From positions 3,844,001 through 3,908,000 of the forward strand of contig CM059432.1 in assembly GCA_030390025.1 (NCBI GenBank): a DNA stretch of 64,000 nt, written 5' to 3'. Positions 24,181-36,705 of the stretch are shown piece after piece. The notes under the pieces are model-generated. The model was not told the origin of the DNA. It was given only the letters and a program-made list of their open reading frames with translations, and did no database searches. The stretch comes from Squalus acanthias (Eukaryota). Every line of letters starts with the position of its first letter. The first letter of the stretch is position 1. The position numbers were made by a program, and so were the translations under genes.

Positions 24181-24749
24181 GGTTCGGGTTCCCAACCGTC
24201 CCGGAATGACTGCGGGTTTCCCTCCCGCCCCCCCACTGTTGCCTCCAGCAGCCCGGGGAATCAGATTTAAATTTCCCGCTGCAGGGCGCCCCCCAGCTCC
24301 GTGATGTCACCCGTCGTGAGCCGGGACCGTGGGAAGTGCAGTCAGGAATCAGGAGGGCTCGGGAATCTTGGGCAAACCCGTCTCAGGAATCGGGGAGTCT
24401 CGGCGTGACTCACAAGGTCAACTCACTGTTGTGTTTATGGGACTCGCACAGCTGACTGCCACTAAAACTACATCATTACAGAGCAGTGATCAGAGGCAGG
24501 AGCAAGAGCAGGTTGTCGTCTGTGGGTTAAATCACTGACACCAGGCTCGGAACTCTCCAATCGGGTCAGGGCGGCTACCGCCAGCTTTCGCACCCGACAG
24601 TCTGGTTTGTGTGAGCACTGCTTGGAAATCAGACACGGAACTTCGTCACCAACAGGGTCAGCTCTTGATGTGTTATCCTGATGTACCCCTGGAGTCACAT
24701 GGGGCTCTGAAATGGGGGGCTTCCTCAGTTACCTCTATTCCCTTACTCG

Positions 24750-25280
24750 ATCTCCCCTCGGTTTCCCCTTCTACCCCCCTCGGTTTCCCCCTCTCCCCCC
24801 CTCGGTTTCCTCCTCTCTCTCGGTTTCCCCCCCCGCTCTCTCTCTCTCTCGGTTTCCCCCCCCGCTCTCTCTCTCTCTCGGTTCCCCCCCCCCGCTCTCT
24901 CTCTCTCTCTCGGTTCCCCCCCCCCGCTCTCTCTCTCTCTCGGTTCCCCCCCCCCGCTCTCTCTCTCTCTCTCTCTTGGTTCCCCCCCCCCCCCCGCTCT
25001 CTCTCTCTCTCTCTCGGTTTCACCCCCCCCGCTCTCTCTCTCTCTCGGTTCCCCCCCCCGCTCTCTCTCTCTCTCTCGGTTTCCCCCCCCCCCCGCTCTC
25101 TCTCTCTCTCTCTCGGTTTCCCCCCCCCCGCTCTCTCTCTCTCTCGGTTCCCCCCCCCCCCCCGCTCTCTCTCTCTCTCGGTTTCCCCCCTCGCTCTCTC
25201 TCTCTCTCTCGGTTTGCCCCCACGCTCTCTCTCTCTCTCTCTCTCGTTTCCCCCCACGCTCTCTCTCTCTCTCTCGGTTT

Positions 25281-25313
<33 letters not shown>

Positions 25314-25656
25314 CGGTTTGCCCCCACGCTCTCTCTCTCTCTCGGTTCCCCCCTCTCTCTCTCTCTCTCGGTTCCCCCCCCCGCTCTCTCTCTCTCTCTC
25401 TCTCTCTCTCGGTTTCCCCCCCCGCTCTCTCTCTCTCTCTCGGTTTCCCCCCCCCGCTCTCTCTCTCTCGGTTTCCCCCCACGCTCTCTCTCTCTCTCTC
25501 TCGGTTTCCCCCCCCCGCTCTCTCTCTCTCTCTCGGTTTCCCCCCACGCTCTCTCTCTCTCTCTCTCTCTCCCTCTCGGTTTCCCCCCCCGCTCTCTCTC
25601 TCTCTCTCTCTCGGTTTCCCCCCACGCTCTCTCTCTCTCTCTCGGTTCCCCCCCCC

Positions 25657-25690
<34 letters not shown>

Positions 25691-25692
25691 TT

Positions 25693-25725
<33 letters not shown>

Positions 25726-26115
25726 CGGTTTGCCCCCACGCTCTCTCTCTCTCTCGGTTCCCCCCTCTCTCTCTCTCTCTCGGTTCCCCCCCCGCTCTCT
25801 CTCTCTCTCTCTCGGTTTCCCCCCACGCTCTCTCTCTCTCTCTCGGTTCCCCCCTCTCTCTCTCTCTCTCAGTTCCCCCCACGCTCTCTCTCTCTCTCTC
25901 TCTCTCGGTTTCTCCCGCTCTCTCTCTCTCTCTCGGTTCCCCCCCCCCCACTCTCTCTCTCTCTCTCGGTTCCCCCCTCTCTCTCTCTCGGTTTCCCCCC
26001 ACGCTCTCTCTCTCTCTCTCTCTCGGTTTCTCCCGCTCTCTCTCGCTCTCTCGGTTCCCCCCCCCCACTCTCTCTCTCTCTCTCGGTTCCCCCCTCTCTC
26101 TCTCGGTTTCCCCCC

Positions 26116-26154
<39 letters not shown>

Positions 26155-26288
26155 TTCCCCCCCGCTCTCTCTCTCTCTCTCGGTTTCCCCCACGCTCTCT
26201 CTCTCTCTCTCTCTCGGTTCCCCCCTCTCTCTCTCTCTCGGTTTCCCTCCACGCTCTCTCTCTCTCTCTCTCTCTCGGTTCCCCCCCC

Positions 26289-26326
<38 letters not shown>

Positions 26327-27061
26327 TCCCCCCCCCGCTCTCTCTCTCTCGGTTTCCCCCCACGCTCTCTCTCTCTCTCTCTCGGTTCCCCCCCCCGCTC
26401 TCTCTCTCTCTCTCGGTTTCCCCCCACGCTCTCTCTCTCTCTCTCTCGGTTCCCCCCTCTCTCTCTCTCTCTCGGTTGCCCCCCCCGCTCTCTCTCTCTC
26501 TCTCTCGGTTTTCCCCCACGCTCTCTCTCTCTCTCGGTTCCCCCTCCGCTCTCTCTCTCTCTCAGTTCCCCCCACGCTCTCTCTCTCTCTCTCGGTTTCT
26601 CCCGCTCTCTCTCTCTCTCTCTCGGTTACCCCCCCACTCTCTCTCTCTCTCGGTTCCCCCCTCTCTCTCTCTCTCTCTCGGTTTCCCCCCACGCTCTCTC
26701 TCTCTCTCTCTCTCTCTCTCGGTTTCCCCCCCGCTCTCTCTCTCTCTCTCTCTCTCTCGGTTTCCCCCCCGCTCTCTCTCTCTCTCTCGGTTGCCCCCCA
26801 CGCTCTCTCTCTCTCTCTCTCGGTTCCCCCCTCTCTCTCTCTCTCGGTTTCCCTCCACGCTCTCTCTCTCTCTCTCTCTCTCTCTCGGTTCCCCCCTCTC
26901 TCTCTCTCTCTCTCTCTCTCGGTTTCCCCCCACGCTCTCTCTCTCTCTCTCTCTCTCTCGGTTTCCCCCCCCGCTCTCTCTCTCTCTCTCGGTTTCCCCC
27001 CACGCTCTCTCTCTCTCTCTCTCGGTTCCCCCCCCTCTCTCTCTCTCTCGGTTTCCCTCCA

Positions 27062-27099
<38 letters not shown>

Positions 27100-27224
27100 T
27101 TCCCCCCCCCGCTCTCTCTCTCTGTCTCGGTTTCCCCCACGCTCTCTCTCTCTCTCTCGGTTTCCCCCCCCGCTCTCTCTCTCTCCGGTTTCCCCCCCGT
27201 TCTCTCTCTCTCTCTTGGTTTCCC

Positions 27225-27256
<32 letters not shown>

Positions 27257-27457
27257 GTTTCCCCCCTCTCTCTCTCTCTCTTGGTTTCCCCCCTCTCTCT
27301 CTCGGTTTCCCCCCACTCTCTCTCTCTGTTTCCCCCCTCTCTCTCTGTCTGTTTCCCTCCTCTCTCTTTCTCTCTGTTTCCCCCCTCTCTCTCTCTCTCT
27401 CTCACTTGGTTTCCCCCTCTCTTTCTCTCTGTTTCCCCCCTCTCTCTCTCTCTGTTT

Positions 27458-27488
<31 letters not shown>

Positions 27489-27742
27489 CGGTTCCCCCCC
27501 CCCCCCCGCTCTCTCTCTCTCTCTCTCTCGGTTTCCCCCCCGCTCTCTCTCTCTCTCTCTTGGTTTCCCCCCTCTCTCTCTCTCTGTTTCCCTCCTCTCT
27601 CTCTCTCTCTGTTTCCCCCCTCTCTCTCTCTCTCTGTTTCCCCCCTCTCTCTCTCTCTCTGTTTCCCCCCTCTCTCTCTCTCTCTCTTGGTTTCCCCCTC
27701 TCTCTCTCTCTCTGTTTCCCTCCTCTCTCTTTCTCTCTGTTT

Positions 27743-27785
<43 letters not shown>

Positions 27786-27975
27786 CCCCCCCCCCCCTCT
27801 CTCTCTCTGTTTCCCCGGCTCTCTCTCTCTCTCTCTCGCTCGGTTTTCCCCCTCTCTCTCTCTCTGTTTCCCCTCTCTCTCTCAGTTACCCCCCTCTCTC
27901 TCTCTCTGTTCCCCCCCCTCTCTCTCTCTCTCTCTCTCTCGGTTTCCCCCCTCCTCTCTCTCTCTCTCTCGGTTT

Positions 27976-28018
<43 letters not shown>

Positions 28019-28050
28019 TTCCCCCCTCCTCTCTCTCTCTCTCTCGGTTT

Positions 28051-28082
<32 letters not shown>

Positions 28083-28313
28083 TTTCCCCCCCACTCTCTC
28101 TCTCTCTCTGTTTCCCCCCCCCCTCTCTCTCTCTCTGTTTCCCCCTCTCTCTCTCTCTGTTTCCCCCCTCTCTCTCTTTCGGTTCACCCCCGCCCCCCCC
28201 CCGCTCTCTCTCTCGGTTTCCCCCCCGCTCTCTCTCTCTCTCTCTCTCTCTCGGTTTCCCCCGCGCTCTCTCTCTCGGTTTCCCCCCCGCTCTCTCTCTC
28301 TCAGTTTCTCCCC

Positions 28314-28350
<37 letters not shown>

Positions 28351-29405
28351 CCCATCCCGCTCTCTCTCTCTCGGTTCCCCCCCCTCTCTCGCTCTGTTTC
28401 CCCACCCCCCGCCCTCTCTCTCTCTGTTCCCCCCCTCTCTCTCTCTCGGTTCCCCCCCCCCCCACTCTCTCTCTCGGTTTCCCCCTCTCTCTCTCTCTCT
28501 CTCTCTGTTTCCCCCCCTCTCTCTCTCTCTCTCTCTCTCAGTTTCCCCCCCTCTCTCTCTCTGTTCCCCCCTCTCTCTCTCTCGGTTTCCCCCCCCCACT
28601 CTCTCTCTCGGTTTCCCCTCTCTCTCTCTCTCTCTCTCTGTTTCCCCCCCTCTCTCTCTCTCTCTCGGTTTCCCCCCCCACCCATCTCTCTCTCTCTGTT
28701 CCCCCCCTCTCTCTCTCTGTTCCCCCCTCTCGCTCTCTCTGTCCCCCCCTCTCGCTCTCTCTGTTCCCCCCCCTCACTCTCTCTGTTCCCCCCCCCCCCC
28801 CCGACTCTCTCTCTCGGTTTCCCCCCCTCTCTCTCTCTCTCTCGGTTTCCCCCCCCCCTCTCACTCTTGGTTTCCCCCCTCCCTCTCTCTCTCTCTGTTC
28901 CCCCCACCCCCTCTCTCTCTCTCCCCCCGCTCTCTCTCTCCCCCTCTCTCTCTCCCTCCCCTCTCTCTCTCTCTCTCTCTCTTCCCCCCCTCTCTCTCTC
29001 TCTCTCTCTCTTCCCCCCCTCTCTCTCTCTCTCCCCTACCTCTCTCTCTCCCCTCCCTCTCTCTCTCTCTCTCCCTCTCTCTCCCCCCTCCCTCTCTCCC
29101 TCTCTCTCCTCTCTCTCTCTCTCTCCCCCCTCTCTCTCTCACCCCCTCCCTCTCTCTCCCCCTCCCTCTCTCTCTCTCTCTCTCCCTCTCCCTCCTCCCT
29201 CTCTCCCCCTCCTCCCTCTCTCCCCCTCCCCTCCCTCTCTCCCTCTCCTCCCCCTCCCCTCCCCCCTCTTCCTCCCTTTCCCCCTCTCCCCCATCTAGCC
29301 CCCTTCCTTCCCCCTCCCCCTCCTTCCCCCTCCCCCCACCCCCCTCCTCCATCCCTTCCACCCTCCCTTTCCCCCCTTCCTCCCCCTGCCCCTCTCCTCC
29401 CCCCC
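24750..29405. repeat. About 4.65 kb polypyrimidine compound satellite [CGGTTT-Cn-G-(CT)n]
   Basis: Directly visible; the + strand is almost entirely C/T. Confidence 0.97.
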
Positions 29406-29442
29406 CATTGATAACACTCCCATGAAGCACCTTGGGACATTT

Positions 29443-29860
29443 TACTCTCTGGAGTTTAGAAGAATGAGAGGTGATTTTGTTGAAACATACAAGATTCTGA
29501 GGGGGATTGACAGGGTAGATGCTGAGAGGTTGTTTCCCCTGGCTGGAGAGTCTAGAACTAGGGGGCATAGTCTCAGGATAAGGGGCGGCCATTTAACACT
29601 GAGATGAGGAGGAATTTCTTCACTCAGAGGGTGGTGAATCTTTGGAATTCTCTGCCCCAGAGGGCCGTGGGTGCTCAGTCATTGAGTATATTCAAGGCTG
29701 AGATCGATAGATTTTTGGACTCTAGGGGAATCGAGGGATATAGGGATCGGGCGGGAAAATGGAGTTGAGGTCGATGATCAGCCATGATCTTATTGAATGG
29801 CGGAGATAGGCTCGAGGGGCCGAATGGCCGACTCCTGCTCCTATTTCTTATGTTCTTATG
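29443..29860 (+). mobile_element. CR1 3' fragment inside an L2 tail
   Basis: YSLEFRRMRGD...SRTRGHSLRI motif. The L2 tail flanks it at about 29410-29445 and 29862-29900. Confidence 0.8.
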
Positions 29861-30083
29861 GTTTTATGTTAAAGGCACTATATAAATGCAAGTTGTTATT
29901 CTCTAAATTCAAGTTCTTTCTTTCTATGCATATATATCAGATGAGACGTTAAACTGAGGCCCCGTCTGCTCTCTCAGGTGGACGTAAAAGATCCTCATGA
30001 CACTATTCGAAGAGGAGCAGGGGAGTTCACCCCGGTGTCCTGGGCCAATATTTATCCCTCCATCAACATCACTAAAACAGATT

Positions 30084-31479
30084 GGCCCAGATATTCCGAT
30101 CGCAGGCGGAGGGCTGCAATCTGGAAAAATCTGTGCCCTTACCTGACGGGCTCCCGGGAGGTGCACAGTTCCGTTGCTGGGCCTCTCCAAACTGCCGGTG
30201 CGCAGGGCCCACGTATCCCAGAGGCGCAGGTAGTTCGCAGCATCCCTGGGATCACGTGGGCCATGGGGAGCCAATCACAGAAGGGAATCTCCCTTCATAC
30301 ATTTGACAGGAAGACCTGTCAAATATATGAATGGAGATCATCCCCAAAACATAGTAAAACTTCAAATAATTAAAAAAAAAAATCACATTTTTAAAATGAC
30401 TTGAAATTACATAAATTAACTATTTTAAACAAAAATTTAAATTTTTGAAAAAATAATTAAAGCTTTTAACAGGACTAAAAATAAACTTACCTTTCTTTAA
30501 AGTATTTTTAAATGATAAATCAGTGGAAACATTTTTATTCTTTTACTTTTTTCAACTCTTATCCTGGTAAAAGCAAGCCTTATGCCTGCTTTTACCAGGC
30601 GCAAGAATTGTAAGGGCTGGATTTTCATTGACCCGTGGAGGCGGGTTTGGAGGCGTGTGGGGGGTTAAAATTGCGAAAACTGGCGGGTGGGCACAAGTCC
30701 GCCTCCATCCCGCCTCCACGCAATTTTAATGAAATCGTGTCTGCTGGTCCCGACTCCGTCCCGCCTTTAAGAGGCGGGATAGGCTGTTAAGGCCCTTAAC
30801 AAGCACTAAATTGTCTCTATAATGCCATTTTGAAAGGCCTTTGTGATTTTAACCCTTGATCTGCGTGAAGCACGTCTGTTCTGAACCACAATTGTGAAAC
30901 CTGGCGGGAGCACATCTGGCTGGCTATGTGGATGGATGTATATATGGATGGAGAGGAGACATATCTGGGAGTGGTAGTGTAAAAATATCTGGGAGCAGAC
31001 TTAGGACTGCTGCTGCTCATTTTGCAGGTCCTCTCACAGCAAAGGCCAGGCAGTCTCTGAAGACCTTCAATGCAGCAGCAATGATGACATCATCAGAGGC
31101 GACTTTCAGACTGAAAACACTAATTGGTTCATGGGTTCCCACATGCTGGAACTCAATTGCCCAATTAGGTGAAAATTGCATCAATCTCCCACATCCAATT
31201 GCAGTCGGGTGGATAACACGAAAAGTGGATGACACGACCCCAACCCGCCCCAGTATCAAAATCCAGCCCTAAGTGTTTTCTGCGGGCGGAGTGTCTCCAA
31301 AAAGCGGAACTATCTGCCCGCAGAGGCCCTTCTCCCGGGCAGCCGAAGGATCTGTCAAGAGCTTTCTTGACAGATCGGAAATGCCGGTTTCCAGCGCATG
31401 CCTGAAACCAACATTTCCAATGTCCCTACAGGTGGGTACACAGCACGTACACACCCGTAGGGATCGGAATATCCGGCCC
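30084..31479. mobile_element. Harbinger-like MITE (outer)
   Basis: TIRs GGCCCAGATATTCCGATC / GATCGGAATATCCGGCCC and TSD ATT. Confidence 0.85.
30614..31269. mobile_element. Harbinger-like MITE, family H2 (inner)
   Basis: Perfect 12-bp TIR GGGCTGGATTTT / AAAATCCAGCCC and TSD TAA. A related copy lies at 52160-52900. Confidence 0.88.
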
Positions 31480-31553
31480 ATTATCTGGTCATTATCACAT
31501 TGCTGGTTGTGGAAGATTGCTGTGTGCAAATTGGCTGCCGCGTTTCCAACATT

Positions 31554-32565
31554 CTTCTTCTTAGGCAGTCCCTCGGAACCGAGGATGACTTGCTCCCACA
31601 TTAAAAATGAGTTCTCAGGTGACTGCTGAGTCCAATGCGGGACCTACAGTCTCTGTCACAGGTAGGGCAGATGGTGGTTGAAGGGGCGGGTGGGTGGGGT
31701 GCTTGGGTTTACGTGCGCTCCTTCCGCTGTTTACGCTTGGCTTCCGCTTGCTCCCGGCGAAGAGACTCGAGGTGTTCGGCGCCTTCCCGGATGCTTCTCC
31801 TCCACTTTGTGCAGTCTTGGGCCAGGGATTCCCAGGTGTCAGTGGGGATGTTGCACTTTTTCAAGGAGGCTTTGGGGTGTCCTTGAAGCGTTTCCTCTGC
31901 CCACCTGGGGCTCTCTTGCCGTGCCGGAGCTCCGAGTAGAGCGCTTGTTTTGGGAGTCTCGTATCGGGCATGCGGACGATGTGACCTGTCCATCGGAGCT
32001 GATTGAGCGTGGTCAAAGCTTCCATGCTGGGGATGTTGGCCTGAGCGAAAACAGTGACGTTGGTGCGCCTATCCTGCCAATGGATTTGCAGGATCTTGCA
32101 GAGGCAGCGTTGGTGGTACCTCTCCAGAGCTTTGAGGTGCCTGCAGTACATGGTCCATGTCTCTGAGGCATACAGCAGGGCGGGTATCACTGCTGCTCTG
32201 TAGACCATGAGCTTAGTGCCGGGTTTGAGGTCCTGGTCTTCAAACAATCTCTTCCTCAGGCGACCGAAGGCTGCACTGGCACACTGAAGGCGGTGTTGGA
32301 CTTCGTCATCGACGTCTGCCCTTGTTGACAGTAGGCTCCCGAGGTATGGAAAGTGGTCCACGTTGTCCAAGGTCTTGTTGTGGATTTTGATAATCGGGGG
32401 GCAGTACTGTGTGGTGGGGGCAGGTTTGTAGCGGACCTTTGTCTTACGGATGTTTAGTGTAAGGCCTATGCTCTTGTACGCTTCGGTGAAGGTGTTGACG
32501 GTGGTTGGAGTTCGACCTCCGAGTGAGCGCAGACGCAAGCGTCGTATGCATACTTTAATTCTGTA
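31554..32565 (-). mobile_element. RTE-clade LINE, 5'-truncated
   Basis: YAYD (=YADD) remnant; FPYLGS, LLYASETWT, QLRWTGHIVRM, GGQRKRFKDT motifs; (AAG)n tail; 38-bp TSD. Confidence 0.9.
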
Positions 32566-33384
32566 ATTGCTGTGTGCAAATTGGCTGCCGTGTTTCCAAC
32601 ATTACAACAGTGACTACACTTCAAAAAAGTACTTAATTGGCTGTAAAGCGCTTTGTGACATCCTGAGGTCATGAAGGGGGTTATATAAAGACGTTCACCC
32701 ATCATCCCCTGTGCTCGCTGACCTTCATTGCCTCCTGGTTGAGCAACGCCTCGATTTTAAAATTGTCATCCCTATTTTCAAATCCCTCCATGGCCTCACC
32801 CCTCCCTATCTCTGTAACCTCCTCCAGCCCAACAACCCTCCGAGATCTCTGCGCTCCTCCAATCTGGCAGCTTGTTGTTGCGATTTTCTTTGATAACTTA
32901 ATTCTCTGAAGGCAGCAAATCTGAGATCAGCAGAGCGGGCCAATTCCAAGCTGAACTTTTTTACTCCTGCGATTGAATTCTGAAGACAGAAAGGACCGTT
33001 CTTCGGGGGGACACAAGCGACCTTTTCAAAAGCACGAGGAACCAGCCAAAGTCTGGCTTGAGTGTCGTTTGGAAAGTTAGCAGTTATTCAAAAGCATGCA
33101 GCCAACTTTCAGATTGTCAAAAGATGCATTAATGGCCTCAAAAGATCAGCAAAAAGGCAAATTGGCAACGCATTGCAAAATTCAAAACATCCCCAGGCGG
33201 ATTTCCAGAAAAAAAAAGCTTGAGAACATCAGAACCCATCTCAGCAGACGGAAGTGTGACAACAACAACCCGGTCCCCTCATCTCAGTCTGCTGAGGAAT
33301 CCAGCACGTCACACGGTGAGCTGCATGACCTCAGTTAGGTGGAGAGACTAGAGAAGCTGGGATTGTTCTCTTTTACAGTGTATT

Positions 33385-34190
33385 TTTCAAGTCCCACTCC
33401 AGAGACTTGAGCAAGTAGTCTAGGCTGACTCTCCCAGTGCAGTACTGAGGGAGCGCGGCACTGTCGGAGGGGCAGTACTGAGGGAGCGCCGCACTGTCGG
33501 AGGGGCAGTACTGAGGGAGCGCCGCACTGTCGGAGGGGCAGGACTGAGGGAGCGCCGCACTGTCGGAGGGGCAGGACTGAGGGAGCGCCGCACTGTCGGA
33601 GGGGCAGGACTGAGGGAGCGCCGCACTGTCGGAGGGGCAGTACTGAGGGAGCGCCGCACTGTCGGAGGGGCAGGACTGAGGGAGCGCCGCACTGTCGGAG
33701 GGGCAGGACTGAGGGAGCGCCGCACTGTCGAAGGGGCAGTACTGAGGGAGAACTGCACTGTCGGAGGGGCAGTACTGACGGAGCGCTGCACAGTCGGAGG
33801 GGCAGTACTGAGGGAGTACCGCACTGTCGGAGGGGCAGTACTGAGGGAGTGCTGCACTGTTGGAGGGGCCATTCTTCGGATGAGACGCTAAACTGCCCTT
33901 TCAGGTGGATGTAAAACATCCCACGGGCACTGTTTCGAAGAAGAGCAGGGGGAGTTCTCTCCAACGTCCTGGCCAATTTTTATCCCTCAATCAACATCAC
34001 TAAATAAACAGGTTATCAGGTCATTATCATGTTACTGTATGTGGGAGCTTGCTGTGCACAGCAAGGCTGCCACGTTTCCTACATTACAGCAGTGACTACA
34101 CTTCAAATAAGTACTTCATTGGCTGTGAAGCGCTTTGGGACGTCCTGAGGTTGTGAAAGGTGCTATAGAAATGCAAGTCTTTCTTTCTTT
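33385..34190 (+). mobile_element. DeuSINE with an internal tandem expansion
   Basis: B-box remnant, Deu core and tail flank the array. Confidence 0.8.
33440..33870 (+). repeat. 33-bp tandem array (about 13 units) derived from the SINE body
   Basis: Unit CAGTACTGAGGGAGCGCCGCACTGTCGGAGGGG; the segment is single-copy in the other SINEs. Confidence 0.92.
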
Positions 34191-34594
34191 TAGAGCAGAG
34201 AAGGTTATGGGGAGAGTGAATGGAGATGTTCAAAATTCTGAAGGTTTTTGATAGAATGGATAGGGAGAAACAGTTTCCAGTGGCAGGAGGGTCGGTAACC
34301 AGAGGACACAGATTGGCAGAAGAACCAGAGGGGGAGATGAGGAGAAAGTTATTTTTACGCAGCGAGTTGTTGTGATCTGGAATGCGCTGCCTGAAAGGGC
34401 GGTGGAAGCAGATTCAATAGTGACTTTCAAAAGGGAATTGGATAAATACTTGAAAAGGAGAAATTTGCAGGCTGTGGGGAAAGAGCAGGGAAGCGGGACT
34501 AATGGGATAGCTCCACAGGTACGATGGGCCAAATGGCCTCCATCAGTGCTGTAAGATTCTACGATTCTATGTTCTGTGCAATCATAAACACATA

Positions 34595-35487
34595 GGGGGA
34601 AAAATTCAGTTGGTTGCGCCTCCCGTTAGCGCCTTAAGAGGGCGCTAATGGGGCGCAAAGCGTCTAGCGCCCGGGTGCGGCGATGTTTGCGCCGCTCGCG
34701 AAATTAACTAGACATTTTGCGGCGGCGCTAAACACTACCACCACGATCTCCTGCGCCGGCAGATCGTGACGTCAGTCGAGTGCGCAACGCCCCGGTATCG
34801 CCCCGGAGCGGATATTGAGTGGCGCCCCCTGCCTTACCGCCTGTCGCTAGCAACGACAGGTTGAGGGGAGCGTTTTGCAGTCAGGAAGGGACTGGGGGAG
34901 CGCTATTTAAAGGTGACCGCTTCCTGCCTTTTATTGTTGGTGACATTGTAGAACCACGCATTCTGAGAGAGAGAGAGAGAGACTTCTGGAGAGATTCAAC
35001 GCTGTGTGAAGGAGTTTTGGGTACTGAGCAGCACTTTGCAGGTTCATTTTGATTTGCCCTTCCTTGTAACGATTTAGAAGAGACTGTGGGGGCTGCACTC
35101 TGAGCTCTTTCCCTGGTATTCTCCATTGTTCTTTCCAGCAGATTTGATGTGCAGGTCTCTCCAGGCCGAGATTCAAGGCTGCAATGAGCATGATGTGGAT
35201 GGAAAGCAAGATTAACCATCCCCTTTAAGAACTGGGCCACGCCATTGTGTGTGTGTTCCATTGCTGACTGACATCACATGAGCTTCGCCAGTGTTCTGAG
35301 GTAGTGCCTCGCTCCTCGGCCTTTGCGCCTTAAGACAGGTGTGAAGCGCCTGATTTAGCGCTCCAATCACCTCCAGGGGCGATAAAAGTCAAGTTTGCAG
35401 TCGGTGGCGATAATTAGCGCCAGGCGCTAATCTTTGCGCCCGGCCGATAATTACGCCCCAAATGGGGCGATACTGAATTTCTCCCCC
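34595..35487. mobile_element. Harbinger-like MITE, family H1
   Basis: TIRs GGGGGAAAAATTCAGT / ACTGAATTTCTCCCCC; flanks ATA / ATT; colinear with 8079-8971. Confidence 0.8.
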
Positions 35488-36237
35488 ATTGTGTTATTAT
35501 AAGGCTCTCCTGCCAAATGCATGTCAATTTTAAGTGGTGAACAGTTAAAAATCCTCTTGAGCATCCTTGATTATAATCGCTCAACCTTTGGTGGCCGTGC
35601 CTTCTGTTGCCTGGGCCCTAAACTCTGGAATTCCCTGCCTAAACCTCTCGGCCTCGCTACCTCTCTTTCCTCCTTGAAGATGCTCCTTAAAACCTACCTC
35701 TTCTTGCCCTAATTTATCCTTATGTGGATCGGTGTCAAATTTTTTTGTCTTAAAATACTCCTGTGCAGCGCCTTGGGACGTTTTACTATGTTAAAGGCGC
35801 TATATAAATACACGTTGTTGCTGTAGGTTGTTGATAGTAATGTCCTATGTCCTTCATTGTTTGTTGTCTTCCAAGTAAATAACTAGATTCCCTTATCTTC
35901 AGTAGTGTTACAGCTTTCCCATCAGATATCCATGTGCAGTTCAAAGTCTGATCATACACTTATATGTCTCTCACAGCTCAATCCATCAGATTCAGCTCTG
36001 AGTAAAAGTAGGAAACTATCCCCACCTCACGTGACGATGGCATCGCCAATACAGATTCTGAAGTCTAACACGTTGCAGTGCCATCGCAACCCTCCGCGGG
36101 ATTAAGGTTTCAGACAGGCTAATTAATGGGCAGCAGACCGGAACTAGCAGCTGGATTATCCCAACAAAGCTTACTCTAAATTCCGTAGAGTTTAGCTAAG
36201 TTCCGCTCGGAAGCCTGAGGGTCACCCATGGAAGAAG

Positions 36238-36705
36238 TGTCAGCCAGTGACTCAATTGGTAGCACCCTCGCCTCTTGAGTCCAGATGGTTGTGGGTTCAA
36301 GTCCCACTCCAGAGACTTGAGCATCAAAAGCTGGGCTGACACTCCCAGTGCGGTGCTGAGGGAGTGCTGCACTGTCGGAGGTGCCGACTTTCGGATGAGA
36401 TGTTAAACCAAGGCCCCGTCTAACCTCTCAGGTGGATGTAAAAGATCCCACGGTGCTATTTCGAAGAAGAGCAGGGGAGTTCTCCCCGGTGTCCTGGGGC
36501 CAATATTGATCCCTCAATCAACATCACAAAAAAACAGATTATCTGGTCATTATCACATTGCTGTTTGTGGGAGCTTGCTGTGCGCAAATTGGCTGCTGTG
36601 TTTCCTACATTACAACACTTCAAGAATTACTTCATTGGCTGTGAAGCGCTTTGGGATGTCGGAGGTCGTGAAAGGCGCTATAGAAATGCAAGTCTTTCTT
36701 TTTTT
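36238..36705 (+). mobile_element. Full-length DeuSINE
   Basis: tRNA-like head with A and B boxes, Deu core, tail GGCGCTATAGAAATGCAAGTCTTTC. Confidence 0.88.

Larger units (their letters stand above)
29938..32690 (+). mobile_element. DeuSINE broken by nested MITEs and an RTE insertion
   Basis: SINE pieces at about 29938-30083, 31480-31553 and 32566-32690 rejoin in order. Confidence 0.8.

Noticed and set aside
24611..29592. Giant ORFs (1604 and 1528 aa) and RE-rich antisense ORFs
   Set aside because: Artefacts of the C/T satellite, which rarely produces stop codons; the translations are pure low complexity.
33440..33870. CRISPR-like 33-bp repeat array
   Set aside because: Head-to-tail units with no unique spacers, derived from a SINE, in a eukaryotic context with no cas genes.
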